From an uncultured Clostridia bacterium (GTDB taxonomy: Bacteria; Bacillota; Clostridia; Christensenellales; UBA1242): a DNA stretch of 64,000 nt. The notes under the pieces were generated by a model, which saw only the letters and a program-made list of their open reading frames with translations, did no database searches and had not been told where the DNA came from. A program made the position numbers and the translations under genes. Of this stretch, positions 9,478-18,770 are shown one piece after another. Each line of letters begins with the position of its first letter. Position 1 is the first letter of the stretch. The DNA lies in contig CAKVHA010000005.1 of the NCBI GenBank assembly GCA_934747775.1, positions 3,505-67,504 of the forward strand, in the 5' to 3' direction.

Positions 9478-12400
9478 ATGAAAAAGAAACTTTTAATTTT
9501 AACCTTAATAATGTTTGGCGCATTTGCGTTTTTTGCGACACCTAAAAACTATGTAGGCGTTAGTGCTAGTGAAAGTAAAAATACTAGTGTTTTGGAAAAT
9601 AATAGCCAACTTTTAAGTGTTGACTATCTTGATTTTTATTCCGTTCCAACTGCTCAGTTTTCTTTTTCTGGCAATGGTGGAGCGGTTTTGGGCAATGAGT
9701 TAAGTAAAGCTTTTGACCGCAATTTTATCACCAGTTTTAAGTCTGCAATTGATAATAATGTTACGTATACTAACCCAGACACTGGCGAGCAGATTCCTAA
9801 TTTTAAAAACTACATAGAAGTTGATTTTAATAATTCTGTGACTATTAATAGGCTAATATATGGCTCCGAAAACGGAACGACAAGAGGTTTTGCCACCGAG
9901 CTAAATTTGTACTTCGACAATGGTAATGGTTTTGAGCTAATTAATTCATATATAACAACAGAAACCACGCAGTTTGTTGTTTTCGATTTTGGAAAAACCA
10001 TAACAACCACAAGGTTTAAATTTGAATTTGTTAAGGTTTCAACAAAACATAAATATGTTGCAACAGCACGTGAAATAATATTTTTACAGCCCGAGTGTGA
10101 TGAGTATAATGTTTATAAAAATATGTTCTTGGATTACACTCAAACAACTTTAAATGAGAGCATTAACACTTTTGATAAACTATGCGAGTTTGAAGAAAAA
10201 CTTAAGCAGAACATAAACTTTAGTGTTATCTCAACTAAAATTGAACGAGCAAAAATGCTTGCTGTAAACAAAATTGTTTTAAATAAGCGTCGCGAGTTTT
10301 CCACCGATGCGGCAGCAGAAAATAAAATTGCACAAAGTGGAAATATTGCCACATATTGCCGTAGCACATTGCAGCTAAATGCTTTTGGAACAAATAGACA
10401 AGTGCTTGGCATTTTAGCCAATGCTGGCGAAACAATTAATGTGTTTGTGGACGGAAAAACCACCGACCCATTGCCAAAAATCAGGTTTTCGCAACATATG
10501 GGTAGCTGGCGTAGTTGGCTTGGTGGCGAGTTGCAATTAAAACTCGGCAAAAATACTTTTACAGCTCCTAATTTTAAATATTCCGATTATACAATTGATG
10601 TTCCGCTTGGTGGTGCTATATATATCGTTAATCCGTATACAAGTGCGGAGCAAAGCAGCCAAGTTAAGGTGTATATAGAAGGCGGCACGTTTTACCCAGT
10701 TTTGACCAAAAATACGAACGAAAATATTTACAAAAACGAGCTTAAGGAATATGCAAAAAAGGTTGCCATAGATCCGCAAAATGTTGTTGATTTAACCGAG
10801 ATTGTGACCGATCACGCAATTGTGACAGTTATGGCAACAAAAGCAGACGAGCTTTACGAAAACAACAGTCCAGCAAAGGCGGTTGATAATTGGAATAAAT
10901 ATATGGACGCGCTTTTGGAGTTTGGCGGAATTCCACAAGATCCGTCTGATCCGCTTTTTGATAAGCGAAATTTAAGCGTTAATTTTAATGTTAGGCTGGT
11001 TCAACCTTGGCCGGGTGCTGGTGCATTTGCCCACACCGAACACGTTGGTGTGTATGAATCGTGGCAAAAAGCGCTAATCTTAGGCTCTGGGTTTGGTTGG
11101 GGATTATCACACGAAATTGGACATATGATGGATAATCCAAACCGCACCATTGGTGAAAGCACTAACAATATGTACGCAAAATATAACGAAACCGCATTAG
11201 AACAACTTAATGCACGCGGTGATTTTAGCAAAACAACAAACGCGTTGACTAGCGACCTTACATTTGACACTGAAGATTATTTTGGTAAAAATAGGTTAAA
11301 CTTTTTGGTTTGGTGGTACATAGAGAGCTGGCACAAAGGATATTGGGCGGGGCTAGAAAATTGTTATCGCGGCTTGTATCCTGCACTTAAAAACTTTTTA
11401 TCAACCGATAGCGGTTTGGCAGAGAAAATAAGTTCACTTACAAAAACCGAAAAACAAGTGATATATTCGTCAATCGTTACAGGTGTTGATATGTCGTATT
11501 ATTTTGACCGCTGGGGATATAGGGTGTCTAGCGAAGAAAGCGACAAGGTGTTTAAAACCGCTACTGTGAGCGATAGTTTTAACGCGGTTATGTCTAAGGC
11601 TGTGAGCAGTGGTTTTGTGAATAACACGTTTAAGCCAAAACTATGGTATCAAACAAATATGGCGTATCACAACACAAACATAGCACCCGAATACGGCAAT
11701 GAAACGGCTGTTAGTATCGCTTCGGTTTCAAAAACAAGTAGCGGATATAATATTTTTATAAACCACACCGAAAACGTAAATCATTTGGGTTATGAGATTT
11801 TAGAGGGCGACGAAACAAATGGATATAAAGTTGTTGGCTTTACATATGGCAGTGCCTTTTTAGATACAACCGAATATGCAAGCGGCTACACGCCAAGTTA
11901 CAAAATTATTGCGGTTGATAATACTTTTAACACTAGCAGTGTAAGCTCCGCAAAACAACCAAGCGAAAACACATTGGCAGTGTGCAAAATTGGCGAAACA
12001 AACTATACATCGCTTCAACAAGCACTAAATGCGGTTAGCGATAATGATACAATAGAATTACTAAAGTCTTTTGAAACGACCAACATTAATATGTCTAAAT
12101 CCGTAAACATAAAAGTTGCTGATAGTGTTGCTGCTGATATTGTGCTTAGTAAAATTGAAGCTGGCAATTTTATAACAATTGCACAAGGTGTTACAGTTTC
12201 AATTATGGGTGACGAAACAAGAAAAATTGTTTTAAATGGCGATGGTTTTTCACAAAGTGGAGCGTTGCTATTTGTTGGCGGAAAAGTTGAAATTAGTTAT
12301 GTAAATTTTACAAACAGCGTATCCGCTGGTGACGGTGCAGGCGTAGTTATGGGCGCAAATGTTAGTGGCTCGGTGTTTAACAACTGCGAGTTTACTAATA

Positions 12401-13887
12401 TCACAGCCAATACTGGTGCTGCGTACTATTGCAATGTGAACAATAGCGACGCAGTGTTTAACAACTGCAAATTTTCAAATAACACCGCATTGTCTGGTGG
12501 AGTGATAGCAAACAAAGGTGGCATTACGCTAAATGTGTGTGAAGTATTAAGCAATACGGCAAAAGATGGTGTAATTAAAAACTTTGCTGGCGGAATTTTA
12601 CGAGCCAACAATTGTGATGTGAAAAACAACACCGCAAGCGTGGGAGCAGGTTATCACTTGGACGGCAACACAGTAATTACTGGTGGCAGAGTGGTTAATA
12701 ATACGGCAACAACGCAGGCTGGCGGGCTTTATTACGGAACAAATGTTAATGTTAGAACAGTAACAATAAATGGCACAATATTTTCAAATAATTCAGCCCC
12801 GGTGGGTGCTGAAATGTTGGTTTTAAGTGGACAAACCACGCTAACAAACGCGGTGGTTGGTGGATTAGGAGAGATTAGGCTAAATGGCGGAACGATGACT
12901 GTGGATAGCCAAAGTGACTTGCAAGCAACATTTGCAATATCTAGTGCGGCGTCACTTATTGTTAGCGGTGGAATATTTGAAAATATTAATAACTGCAAAT
13001 TTTCTTTTGTAAATTATGTGGCGAATATGGTTGTTTTGAAGGCGACTGGCTTTAATTTAACTCAATCAGATTTAAGTAAAATAAATATAATCGAGCAAAA
13101 TGTAAAAGTAGTTTTAAGTGAAAACGCGGTTTTGGCTGCACCAAATAAAGTGGAGTTAACGCTAATAATAAGTGGTCAAACAAAAGTTTTTGAGTGTAAC
13201 TATGGTGATAAGGTGACCCTTAATTACGATATAGAACCAACAAAATATATTGAAAAATATGTGGCTTCAATTGGTGGCGAGTATGCGGCTGGTTATTCGT
13301 TTGCAATAACTCAAAATGTTACATTTACTGCAAGTGTTAAAAACAAGCTAACAGCTGTGTTTAATTATGGTAACAATGCCGATACAATATATTTTGTGCC
13401 ATATGAAATACTAATGCTTCCAGCGAAAAAAACAGGAAACATAAAGATTGCTGGTTGGATGCTCGACGGCAAATATTATAAGGCTGGTGACACATATTCA
13501 ACAAACGAAAGCTGTCAGTTTAATGCTGTTTATGAAACGTTGTTTAAATTAATAATCAACAATGGTCAAAACGATATTTATTCCGATTATTTTGAATATG
13601 GCGAAACTGTGGACTTGGCTACATTGGTGGACGCTTTTGACTCCGAGTTTTACAACGAAAATAATGTTAAAATAAATAGTGTGTTAGTAAATAAAAATAT
13701 AACCGTAAAAATGCTTCCAAAACAAACTCAAAACATTGATAATTTGCCAGACGACAACAACAGTAACACAAAAGGCACAAATGCAAATAAGATTATTTCA
13801 ATAGTTACAATAGTTTTTGTGTGTGCTGTTGTGATTGGTTTAACAATTTTCTATTTTATCTACAAAAAGAAAAATAAAAACAAGTAG
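9478..13887 (+). CDS. Secreted, C-terminally membrane-anchored M60-like (enhancin-type) zinc metalloprotease with an F5/8-type-C-like domain and a Pmp-repeat beta-helix
   Basis: Signal peptide MKKKLLILTLIMFGAFAFFA. GWGLSHEIGHMMD (HEIGH at nt 11110-11124). Repeated FNNCxFxNNTA...GG(V/A)I units. C-terminal TM segment IISIVTIVFVCAVVIGLTIFYFIY followed by KKKNKNK. Confidence 0.75.
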   Translation: MKKKLLILTLIMFGAFAFFATPKNYVGVSASESKNTSVLENNSQLLSVDYLDFYSVPTAQFSFSGNGGAVLGNELSKAFDRNFITSFKSAIDNNVTYTNPDTGEQIPNFKNYIEVDFNNSVTINRLIYGSENGTTRGFATELNLYFDNGNGFELINSYITTETTQFVVFDFGKTITTTRFKFEFVKVSTKHKYVATAREIIFLQPECDEYNVYKNMFLDYTQTTLNESINTFDKLCEFEEKLKQNINFSVISTKIERAKMLAVNKIVLNKRREFSTDAAAENKIAQSGNIATYCRSTLQLNAFGTNRQVLGILANAGETINVFVDGKTTDPLPKIRFSQHMGSWRSWLGGELQLKLGKNTFTAPNFKYSDYTIDVPLGGAIYIVNPYTSAEQSSQVKVYIEGGTFYPVLTKNTNENIYKNELKEYAKKVAIDPQNVVDLTEIVTDHAIVTVMATKADELYENNSPAKAVDNWNKYMDALLEFGGIPQDPSDPLFDKRNLSVNFNVRLVQPWPGAGAFAHTEHVGVYESWQKALILGSGFGWGLSHEIGHMMDNPNRTIGESTNNMYAKYNETALEQLNARGDFSKTTNALTSDLTFDTEDYFGKNRLNFLVWWYIESWHKGYWAGLENCYRGLYPALKNFLSTDSGLAEKISSLTKTEKQVIYSSIVTGVDMSYYFDRWGYRVSSEESDKVFKTATVSDSFNAVMSKAVSSGFVNNTFKPKLWYQTNMAYHNTNIAPEYGNETAVSIASVSKTSSGYNIFINHTENVNHLGYEILEGDETNGYKVVGFTYGSAFLDTTEYASGYTPSYKIIAVDNTFNTSSVSSAKQPSENTLAVCKIGETNYTSLQQALNAVSDNDTIELLKSFETTNINMSKSVNIKVADSVAADIVLSKIEAGNFITIAQGVTVSIMGDETRKIVLNGDGFSQSGALLFVGGKVEISYVNFTNSVSAGDGAGVVMGANVSGSVFNNCEFTNITANTGAAYYCNVNNSDAVFNNCKFSNNTALSGGVIANKGGITLNVCEVLSNTAKDGVIKNFAGGILRANNCDVKNNTASVGAGYHLDGNTVITGGRVVNNTATTQAGGLYYGTNVNVRTVTINGTIFSNNSAPVGAEMLVLSGQTTLTNAVVGGLGEIRLNGGTMTVDSQSDLQATFAISSAASLIVSGGIFENINNCKFSFVNYVANMVVLKATGFNLTQSDLSKINIIEQNVKVVLSENAVLAAPNKVELTLIISGQTKVFECNYGDKVTLNYDIEPTKYIEKYVASIGGEYAAGYSFAITQNVTFTASVKNKLTAVFNYGNNADTIYFVPYEILMLPAKKTGNIKIAGWMLDGKYYKAGDTYSTNESCQFNAVYETLFKLIINNGQNDIYSDYFEYGETVDLATLVDAFDSEFYNENNVKINSVLVNKNITVKMLPKQTQNIDNLPDDNNSNTKGTNANKIISIVTIVFVCAVVIGLTIFYFIYKKKNKNK

Positions 13888-13922
13888 CATTATTTACATA
13901 AATAAGGATATAAATAGATATG

Positions 13923-13957
13923 AAAAAACTGAAAGTTAAAATCACTTTCAGTTTTTT
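13923..13957 (+). terminator. Rho-independent terminator
   Basis: Hairpin ctgaaagt/actttcag followed by T6. Confidence 0.8.
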
Positions 13958-14156
13958 GTTGGCAAATGTATTTGTATTTGCAAATGTATTTGTTTAATGT
14001 TGGAAAGTTAAAATACTTTTTAAAATTATTTATTTTATAATCAATATTATATGCTAAAAAAAGCTTTTATTTGTTAATTATTATAAAAACCTTGTTAAAT
14101 TGCAATACAAACCAAAAAAATTATGATATACTTATATCGTTTTTTAAGGAATAATT

Positions 14157-14642
14157 ATGATAGAATATAGACAAGCCACCCTAAGTGATTTAGAAAAAAT
14201 ATGGGATAAAGATATTTTAGAAAACAACAATGAAGAATGCTGGATTAGGTGGAAACAACAATATATTGAGTACAACAAAACTGGCAAGGCAACAACTTTT
14301 GTTGTGTTTGATAACGACGCCCCAATTGGACAAATAACTGTTTTGTTTTCCCCAGAATGTTCGGCTGTAAAAAATAGACCAATGCTTTGCGATGGCAAAG
14401 CAATTGCAAATATGAACGCCTTTAGAGTGGACAAAAAGTACGAGGGGCAAGGTCATATTTCAAAACTTGTAAAAATGGCAGAGCAGTACGCAAAAAACAA
14501 GGGCATAACTTATCTTACAATTGGTAGTGAAGCAAAAGAAAGCAGAAATCTTGCAATATATTTGCATTTTGGATACACTCAGTTTATAACAAGTTTTGTT
14601 GAAGATGGTGATTTGGTTTTGTTTTACGGCAAAAATATTTAA
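14157..14642 (+). CDS. GNAT family N-acetyltransferase
   Basis: Motif A-like RVDKKYEGQGHISKLV; typical size. Confidence 0.7.
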   Translation: MIEYRQATLSDLEKIWDKDILENNNEECWIRWKQQYIEYNKTGKATTFVVFDNDAPIGQITVLFSPECSAVKNRPMLCDGKAIANMNAFRVDKKYEGQGHISKLVKMAEQYAKNKGITYLTIGSEAKESRNLAIYLHFGYTQFITSFVEDGDLVLFYGKNI

Positions 14643-14667
14643 TTTAAAAACTAAGGAAAAATATATA

Positions 14668-15330
14668 ATGAAAGCAGTAATATTTGATTTTGATGGAACG
14701 CTAACTCAAAAGAAAAATCACCTATGGAAACGAATTTGGAAAGAGTTGGGCTACGATGTTGGTGTGGAGTCATATTATATTAATTTATACAACAAGTTTC
14801 TAAACAACGAAATTTCACACAAGGAATGGTGTGACCTAACTTGCGACGCTTTTATGCAAAAAGGGTTTAGTAGAGAGCATTTTGATAAAATGATTAAAGA
14901 AATATCTCTAATAAATGGCGCGGCTGACCTTATAAAACAACTTAGCGAGCAAAATATTGATGTGAGAGTTGTTAGTGGTAATATTAGTTATGTAATAAAA
15001 AAAGTTTTGGGTGAAACCGCAAATTATGTAAATGAAATAAAGGCAAACGAATTTTTGTTTGACAAAAATGGAGTTATCCATAAAATTGTGGGCACAAAAT
15101 ATGATTATGAAGGCAAGGCGAAATACATAGAAGAGCTGTGTAAAAAAAATGGTTATCAACCGCAAGAAGTTTTGTTTGTTGGCAATAGTATGAACGACGA
15201 ATTTGCTTATAAGTCTGGCGTAAAAACCTTATGTGTTAATCCAGATAAAACAAATCCAGACAACCAAACAATTTGGCACAAGGTTTTGTATACGAACAAT
15301 CTTTTAGATTTGAAAAACGAGATATTATAA
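14668..15330 (+). CDS. HAD-superfamily hydrolase (HAD-IB / phosphoserine-phosphatase-like)
   Basis: Motif I FDFDGTLT, motif IV GNSMNDEF. ATG at 14668 follows an AAGGA RBS; the track start at 14596 overlaps the GNAT gene. Confidence 0.75.
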   Translation: MKAVIFDFDGTLTQKKNHLWKRIWKELGYDVGVESYYINLYNKFLNNEISHKEWCDLTCDAFMQKGFSREHFDKMIKEISLINGAADLIKQLSEQNIDVRVVSGNISYVIKKVLGETANYVNEIKANEFLFDKNGVIHKIVGTKYDYEGKAKYIEELCKKNGYQPQEVLFVGNSMNDEFAYKSGVKTLCVNPDKTNPDNQTIWHKVLYTNNLLDLKNEIL

Positions 15331-15451
15331 TATTTTAAAATACTAATGAAAAATATTTAAGTAAGTTAAAATGTGATATGAAAAAAATTGTAATATATAA
15401 GAACCACATTTTTGTATGTTGAATATGTGATTGTTTACTATGTGTTAAAAC

Positions 15452-15486
15452 AAAAAAAGAACTTCGATAAAGAAGTTCTTTTTTTG
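15452..15486. terminator. Bidirectional terminator adjoining the tRNA-Lys 3' fragment
   Basis: A7, hairpin agaacttc-gataaa-gaagttct, T7. Confidence 0.75.
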
Positions 15487-15490
15487 TTAT

Positions 15491-15505
15491 TGGTGGACGA
15501 TCAGG
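15491..15505 (-). repeat. Direct repeat: last 15 nt of tRNA-Lys(CUU) (att-like left boundary)
   Basis: tggtggacgatcagg is identical to 18061-18075, the 3' end of the intact tRNA-Lys. Confidence 0.7.
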
Positions 15506-15586
15506 TGTCTAATTTTAGACGAGTTTGAAATGACCGAGTTTTAAAGAATTGTATTAAAAAAATTCTCACTTTAAATATTCAGATAT

Positions 15587-15616
15587 TTGACAAAATTTGG
15601 CTTAAAGTTATATAAT
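15587..15616 (+). promoter_or_regulatory. Sigma-A type promoter of the ABC transporter genes
   Basis: TTGACA-18 nt-TATAAT. Confidence 0.6.
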
Positions 15617-15647
15617 TGAAAAGACTGTTATAAGGAATATATTTGTT

Positions 15648-16559
15648 ATGGAAAATGATATTATAGAAATTAAAAATCTTGATAAATCTTTTGGAGATAT
15701 CCATGCTGTTGATAATTTATCATTTAAAGTTAAGCGTGGTGAATTATTTGCGTTTCTTGGTGTAAATGGTGCTGGAAAAAGTACCACTATTTCAATCATG
15801 TGTGGGACTCTTAACAAAGATAATGGAAATGTCATAATAGATGGCAAAGATATTGACACTCAAATTTCAAGTATAACAAAAGAAATTGGTGTCGTTTTTC
15901 AAAACTCTGTTTTGGATAAAGTTCTAACTGTAAAAGATAATTTAATTTCCCGTGCTAGTCTTTATGAAATTTATGGACAAGAAGCCAATAAAAGAATTCT
16001 TGAACTTGCTGAACTTTTAGATTTTAAAAATTTACTCAATCGAATTGTTGGAAAACTTTCAGGTGGACAAAGGCGAAGAATTGATGTTGCTAGAGCTCTT
16101 TTACACAATCCCCAAATACTAATATTAGATGAACCAACTACTGGTCTTGACCCACAGACAAGAAAAACATTATGGTCTGTTATTGATAATTGTAGGAAAA
16201 AACAAAATATGACAGTATTTTTAACCACTCATTATATGGAAGAAGCATCTGATGCAGACTATGTTGTTATTCTTGATAATGGCAAAATATCTGCCGAAGG
16301 AACTCCCTTAGACTTAAAAAACAAATATTCGGGCGATTTTATAAATATTTATAATGAAACCGAAGAAAATGTTAAAAAATTAGGCGTCTCATATGAAAAA
16401 ATAAGAGATTTTTTCAGGCTTGAAGTTAAAGATACCGAAGAAGCAAAAAATCTTATTATAAAATATCCAAAGTTATTTAAAGATTTTGAAATAACAAAAG
16501 GTAAAATGGATGATGTGTTTTTGGCTGTAACTGGTAAAAAACTCGTAGGGGGTAATTAA
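15648..16559 (+). CDS. ABC transporter ATP-binding protein (DrrA/ABC-2 type)
   Basis: Walker A GVNGAGKST, signature LSGGQRRR, Walker B ILILDEPT. Confidence 0.9.
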   Translation: MENDIIEIKNLDKSFGDIHAVDNLSFKVKRGELFAFLGVNGAGKSTTISIMCGTLNKDNGNVIIDGKDIDTQISSITKEIGVVFQNSVLDKVLTVKDNLISRASLYEIYGQEANKRILELAELLDFKNLLNRIVGKLSGGQRRRIDVARALLHNPQILILDEPTTGLDPQTRKTLWSVIDNCRKKQNMTVFLTTHYMEEASDADYVVILDNGKISAEGTPLDLKNKYSGDFINIYNETEENVKKLGVSYEKIRDFFRLEVKDTEEAKNLIIKYPKLFKDFEITKGKMDDVFLAVTGKKLVGGN

Positions 16560-16560
16560 G

Positions 16561-17442
16561 ATGAAGACTTTATTTTACTTAACCAAACGAAACATGAAAA
16601 TGTTTTTTAAAGATAAAGGAATGTTCTTTACTTCTCTTATAACACCTATCATATTATTGGTGTTATTTGTAACTTTTTTAGCTAAAGTTTACAAACAAAG
16701 CTTACCAGCAGGGCTTCCTGAGGGAATACAATATGGGATTGTAAACGGACAATTATTTTCATCTTTATTTGCTGTAAGTTGTGTAACCGTTGCTTTTTGT
16801 GCAAATATGCTTATGGTTTCCGACAAGGTTAATGGCACAACAAAAGACATATATATTACTCCAACTAAAAAATCTACCATTGCAATGTCATATTATTTTG
16901 CATCTTTATTTGCCACTTTGCTAGTTGCGCTTGTTGGCACAGTTGCTTGTTTTATCTATATTGGAGCAACGGGTTGGTATATGTCATTTGGAGATGTGGT
17001 TTTAATTTTTATAGATTTATTTATGCTTAGTCTGTTTGGAACAGCATTATCTTCAATTATAAACTGTTTTCTATCATCTCAAGGACAAATATCTGCTGTT
17101 GGAACTATTGTTAGTGCTGGGTATGGCTTTATATGTGGAGCTTATATGCCTATATCTCAAATGGGCGCGGTTATACAAAATGTTTTAGCATTTTTGCCCG
17201 GGACATATGGAACATCTCTACTTAAATATAATGCTTTGAATGGCGTATTTAGAGAAATGTCTAAACAAGGAATTTCTGCAGATGTTATATCTGGCATAAA
17301 AGATAATATTGACTGCAATTTATACTTTTTTGGCAATCAAGTAAGCATTGGAACCATGTATGGAATTATGATAGGCTCAATAATTTTGCTCATTGGTGCT
17401 TACATACTTATAAGCGTGTTAAGAGCCAAAAAGAAAAAATAA
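16561..17442 (+). CDS. ABC-2 type transporter permease
   Basis: Six or more hydrophobic spans; starts 1 nt after the ATPase stop. Confidence 0.8.
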   Translation: MKTLFYLTKRNMKMFFKDKGMFFTSLITPIILLVLFVTFLAKVYKQSLPAGLPEGIQYGIVNGQLFSSLFAVSCVTVAFCANMLMVSDKVNGTTKDIYITPTKKSTIAMSYYFASLFATLLVALVGTVACFIYIGATGWYMSFGDVVLIFIDLFMLSLFGTALSSIINCFLSSQGQISAVGTIVSAGYGFICGAYMPISQMGAVIQNVLAFLPGTYGTSLLKYNALNGVFREMSKQGISADVISGIKDNIDCNLYFFGNQVSIGTMYGIMIGSIILLIGAYILISVLRAKKKK

Positions 17443-17451
17443 AAAATTTTA

Positions 17452-17494
17452 AAGCAAAAAAAAATACAACCTTGCTCGGTTGTATTTTTTTTTG
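17452..17494. terminator. Bidirectional terminator
   Basis: A-run, hairpin atacaacc-ttgctc-ggttgtat, T9. Confidence 0.8.
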
Positions 17495-17495
17495 C

Positions 17496-17915
17496 TTATT
17501 TAAAGAAAATATGCATTCCACCAAATGCAAAGAATAGCACTCCCGCAACCAGCACCAAAGTTGGCAAAGTATTTGCAAGAATTAAAGCAGGTCTACCTTT
17601 CCCATTAATCTTTCTTTGCTGTTTTGCCAAATTTATTGCCTTTATTTGAATTGATGGAACAAACATTAACACCAAAATCAATACAAATATACCCAATGCC
17701 ACATTAATTTGCCACGAGCAAGCAACCAAAACAAAGGCAAGCAAATAAACAACTATACTTAAAATAGTTAATGCGATGGACAACTTTCCCTTTTTGTTGT
17801 TTTTCAATTCTTCTTCTGTTGGATTTCTGTTTATTTCTGCGTCTCTTATTCTTTCTATTTTCCACAATTTACCAACGGCTTTACACGTTTCCTTTAAACC
17901 ACTAAAAAATTTCAT
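17496..17915 (-). CDS. Hypothetical small membrane protein (2-3 TM segments)
   Basis: ORF with hydrophobic spans LSIALTILSIVVYLLAFVLVA, ALGIFVLILVLMFV and LPTLVLVAGVLFFAF. I recognise no family. Confidence 0.5.
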   Translation of the reverse strand: MKFFSGLKETCKAVGKLWKIERIRDAEINRNPTEEELKNNKKGKLSIALTILSIVVYLLAFVLVACSWQINVALGIFVLILVLMFVPSIQIKAINLAKQQRKINGKGRPALILANTLPTLVLVAGVLFFAFGGMHIFFK

Positions 17916-18030
17916 AACTACTCCCTTATGTAATATTATGAATAAATTATATCATATTAAATAAAAAATCACAACAAAAAATATTTTAGTAAATACAAAT
18001 TCTATTAGACGCTTTTGAAATTTCGACATT

Positions 18031-18057
18031 AAAAAAACCCTTATAAATAAAGGGTTT
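18031..18057 (-). terminator. Terminator immediately downstream of tRNA-Lys
   Basis: Minus strand: hairpin aaaccctt-tatttat-aagggttt followed by T7. Confidence 0.7.
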
Positions 18058-18060
18058 CAG

Positions 18061-18136
18061 TGGTGGACGATCAGGGATTCGAACCCTGGACCCACTGATT
18101 AAGAGTCAGTTGCTCTACCAACTGAGCTAATCGTCC
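18061..18136 (-). tRNA. tRNA-Lys (anticodon CUU), CCA encoded
   Basis: Manual cloverleaf: acceptor GGACGAT/ATCGTCC, anticodon stem ACTGA/TCAGT with loop CTCTTAA, T-loop TTCGAAT. Confidence 0.93.
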
Positions 18137-18182
18137 ATAATCTCAATATGCTACTATGTAGTCAAATTATTAAAACGATTGT

Positions 18183-18211
18183 ATTATAAAACAAAATAGA
18201 TAATATGTCAA
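18183..18211 (-). promoter_or_regulatory. Consensus sigma-A promoter for tRNA-Lys
   Basis: Minus strand reads TTGACA-17 nt-TATAAT, about 46 nt upstream of the tRNA 5' end. Confidence 0.7.
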
Positions 18212-18770
18212 CAATATTTAAAAATGATTTTAACTTTTTTGTTTGTTTATTACATTACATATCATAAAGCAAGAAATGAGTTGTGGTGTTTATTGTGGCG
18301 TATAGTTTTTGTAATCTGTAAGTTATTTGAGTACGGAGAATCTTCACTTGGTGGTTAATATGGTCTGTTAAAATATTTCAAATAAATTTATTTAAGTTAG
18401 TTGATTGGTTTAAAATCTCCGATGTGCTTATTGTGTTTGTGTGGTTTTTTGTGTAACTAATAATCGTTAATATGTGCCAAAATTTTATCACAAAAAAATA
18501 TTTAATTTGAGTACTTGAATTGTGATGATAAACATAAAAAATAATATTTAATATTTTTTAAAAAAATAATTACTAATATGCTTATATATTGTATTGTAAA
18601 AATTTTTAATATTTCAATATTTTTTATAGATAAAATAAAAGTGTGACTTTGTGACATAAACCATATAATAATTGTCACAAACTTTGTATTAAATTATAAA
18701 TTTTAACGAGTAAATGGCAATAACATAAGTATATGTATGCTAAAAAAATTTTTAAAAAAAGGTAAATTTT

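Larger units (their letters stand above)
15506..18060. mobile_element. Putative decayed integrated islet in the tRNA-Lys 3' end (no recombinase gene retained)
   Basis: Bounded by the 15-bp tRNA-derived direct repeat. Subterminal 17-mers match 15/17 (15515-15531 and 18005-18021). By eye, its codon usage is CpG-poor compared with the flanks. Confidence 0.45.

Noticed and set aside
13962-13993. Tandem repeat gcaaatgtatttgt(attt) x2 just after the M60 gene terminator
   Set aside because: There are fewer than two copies of an 18-bp unit in intergenic AT-rich DNA. It has no coding or structural context and is probably a slippage product.
15560-15574. The 15-mer aaattctcactttaa is repeated at 15560-15574 and 20475-20489, which could mark a larger element spanning 15.5-20.5 kb
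   Set aside because: A single AT-rich 15-mer match is about what chance predicts in 64 kb on two strands. The flanking sequence does not match, and it has no link to a tRNA end or recombinase.
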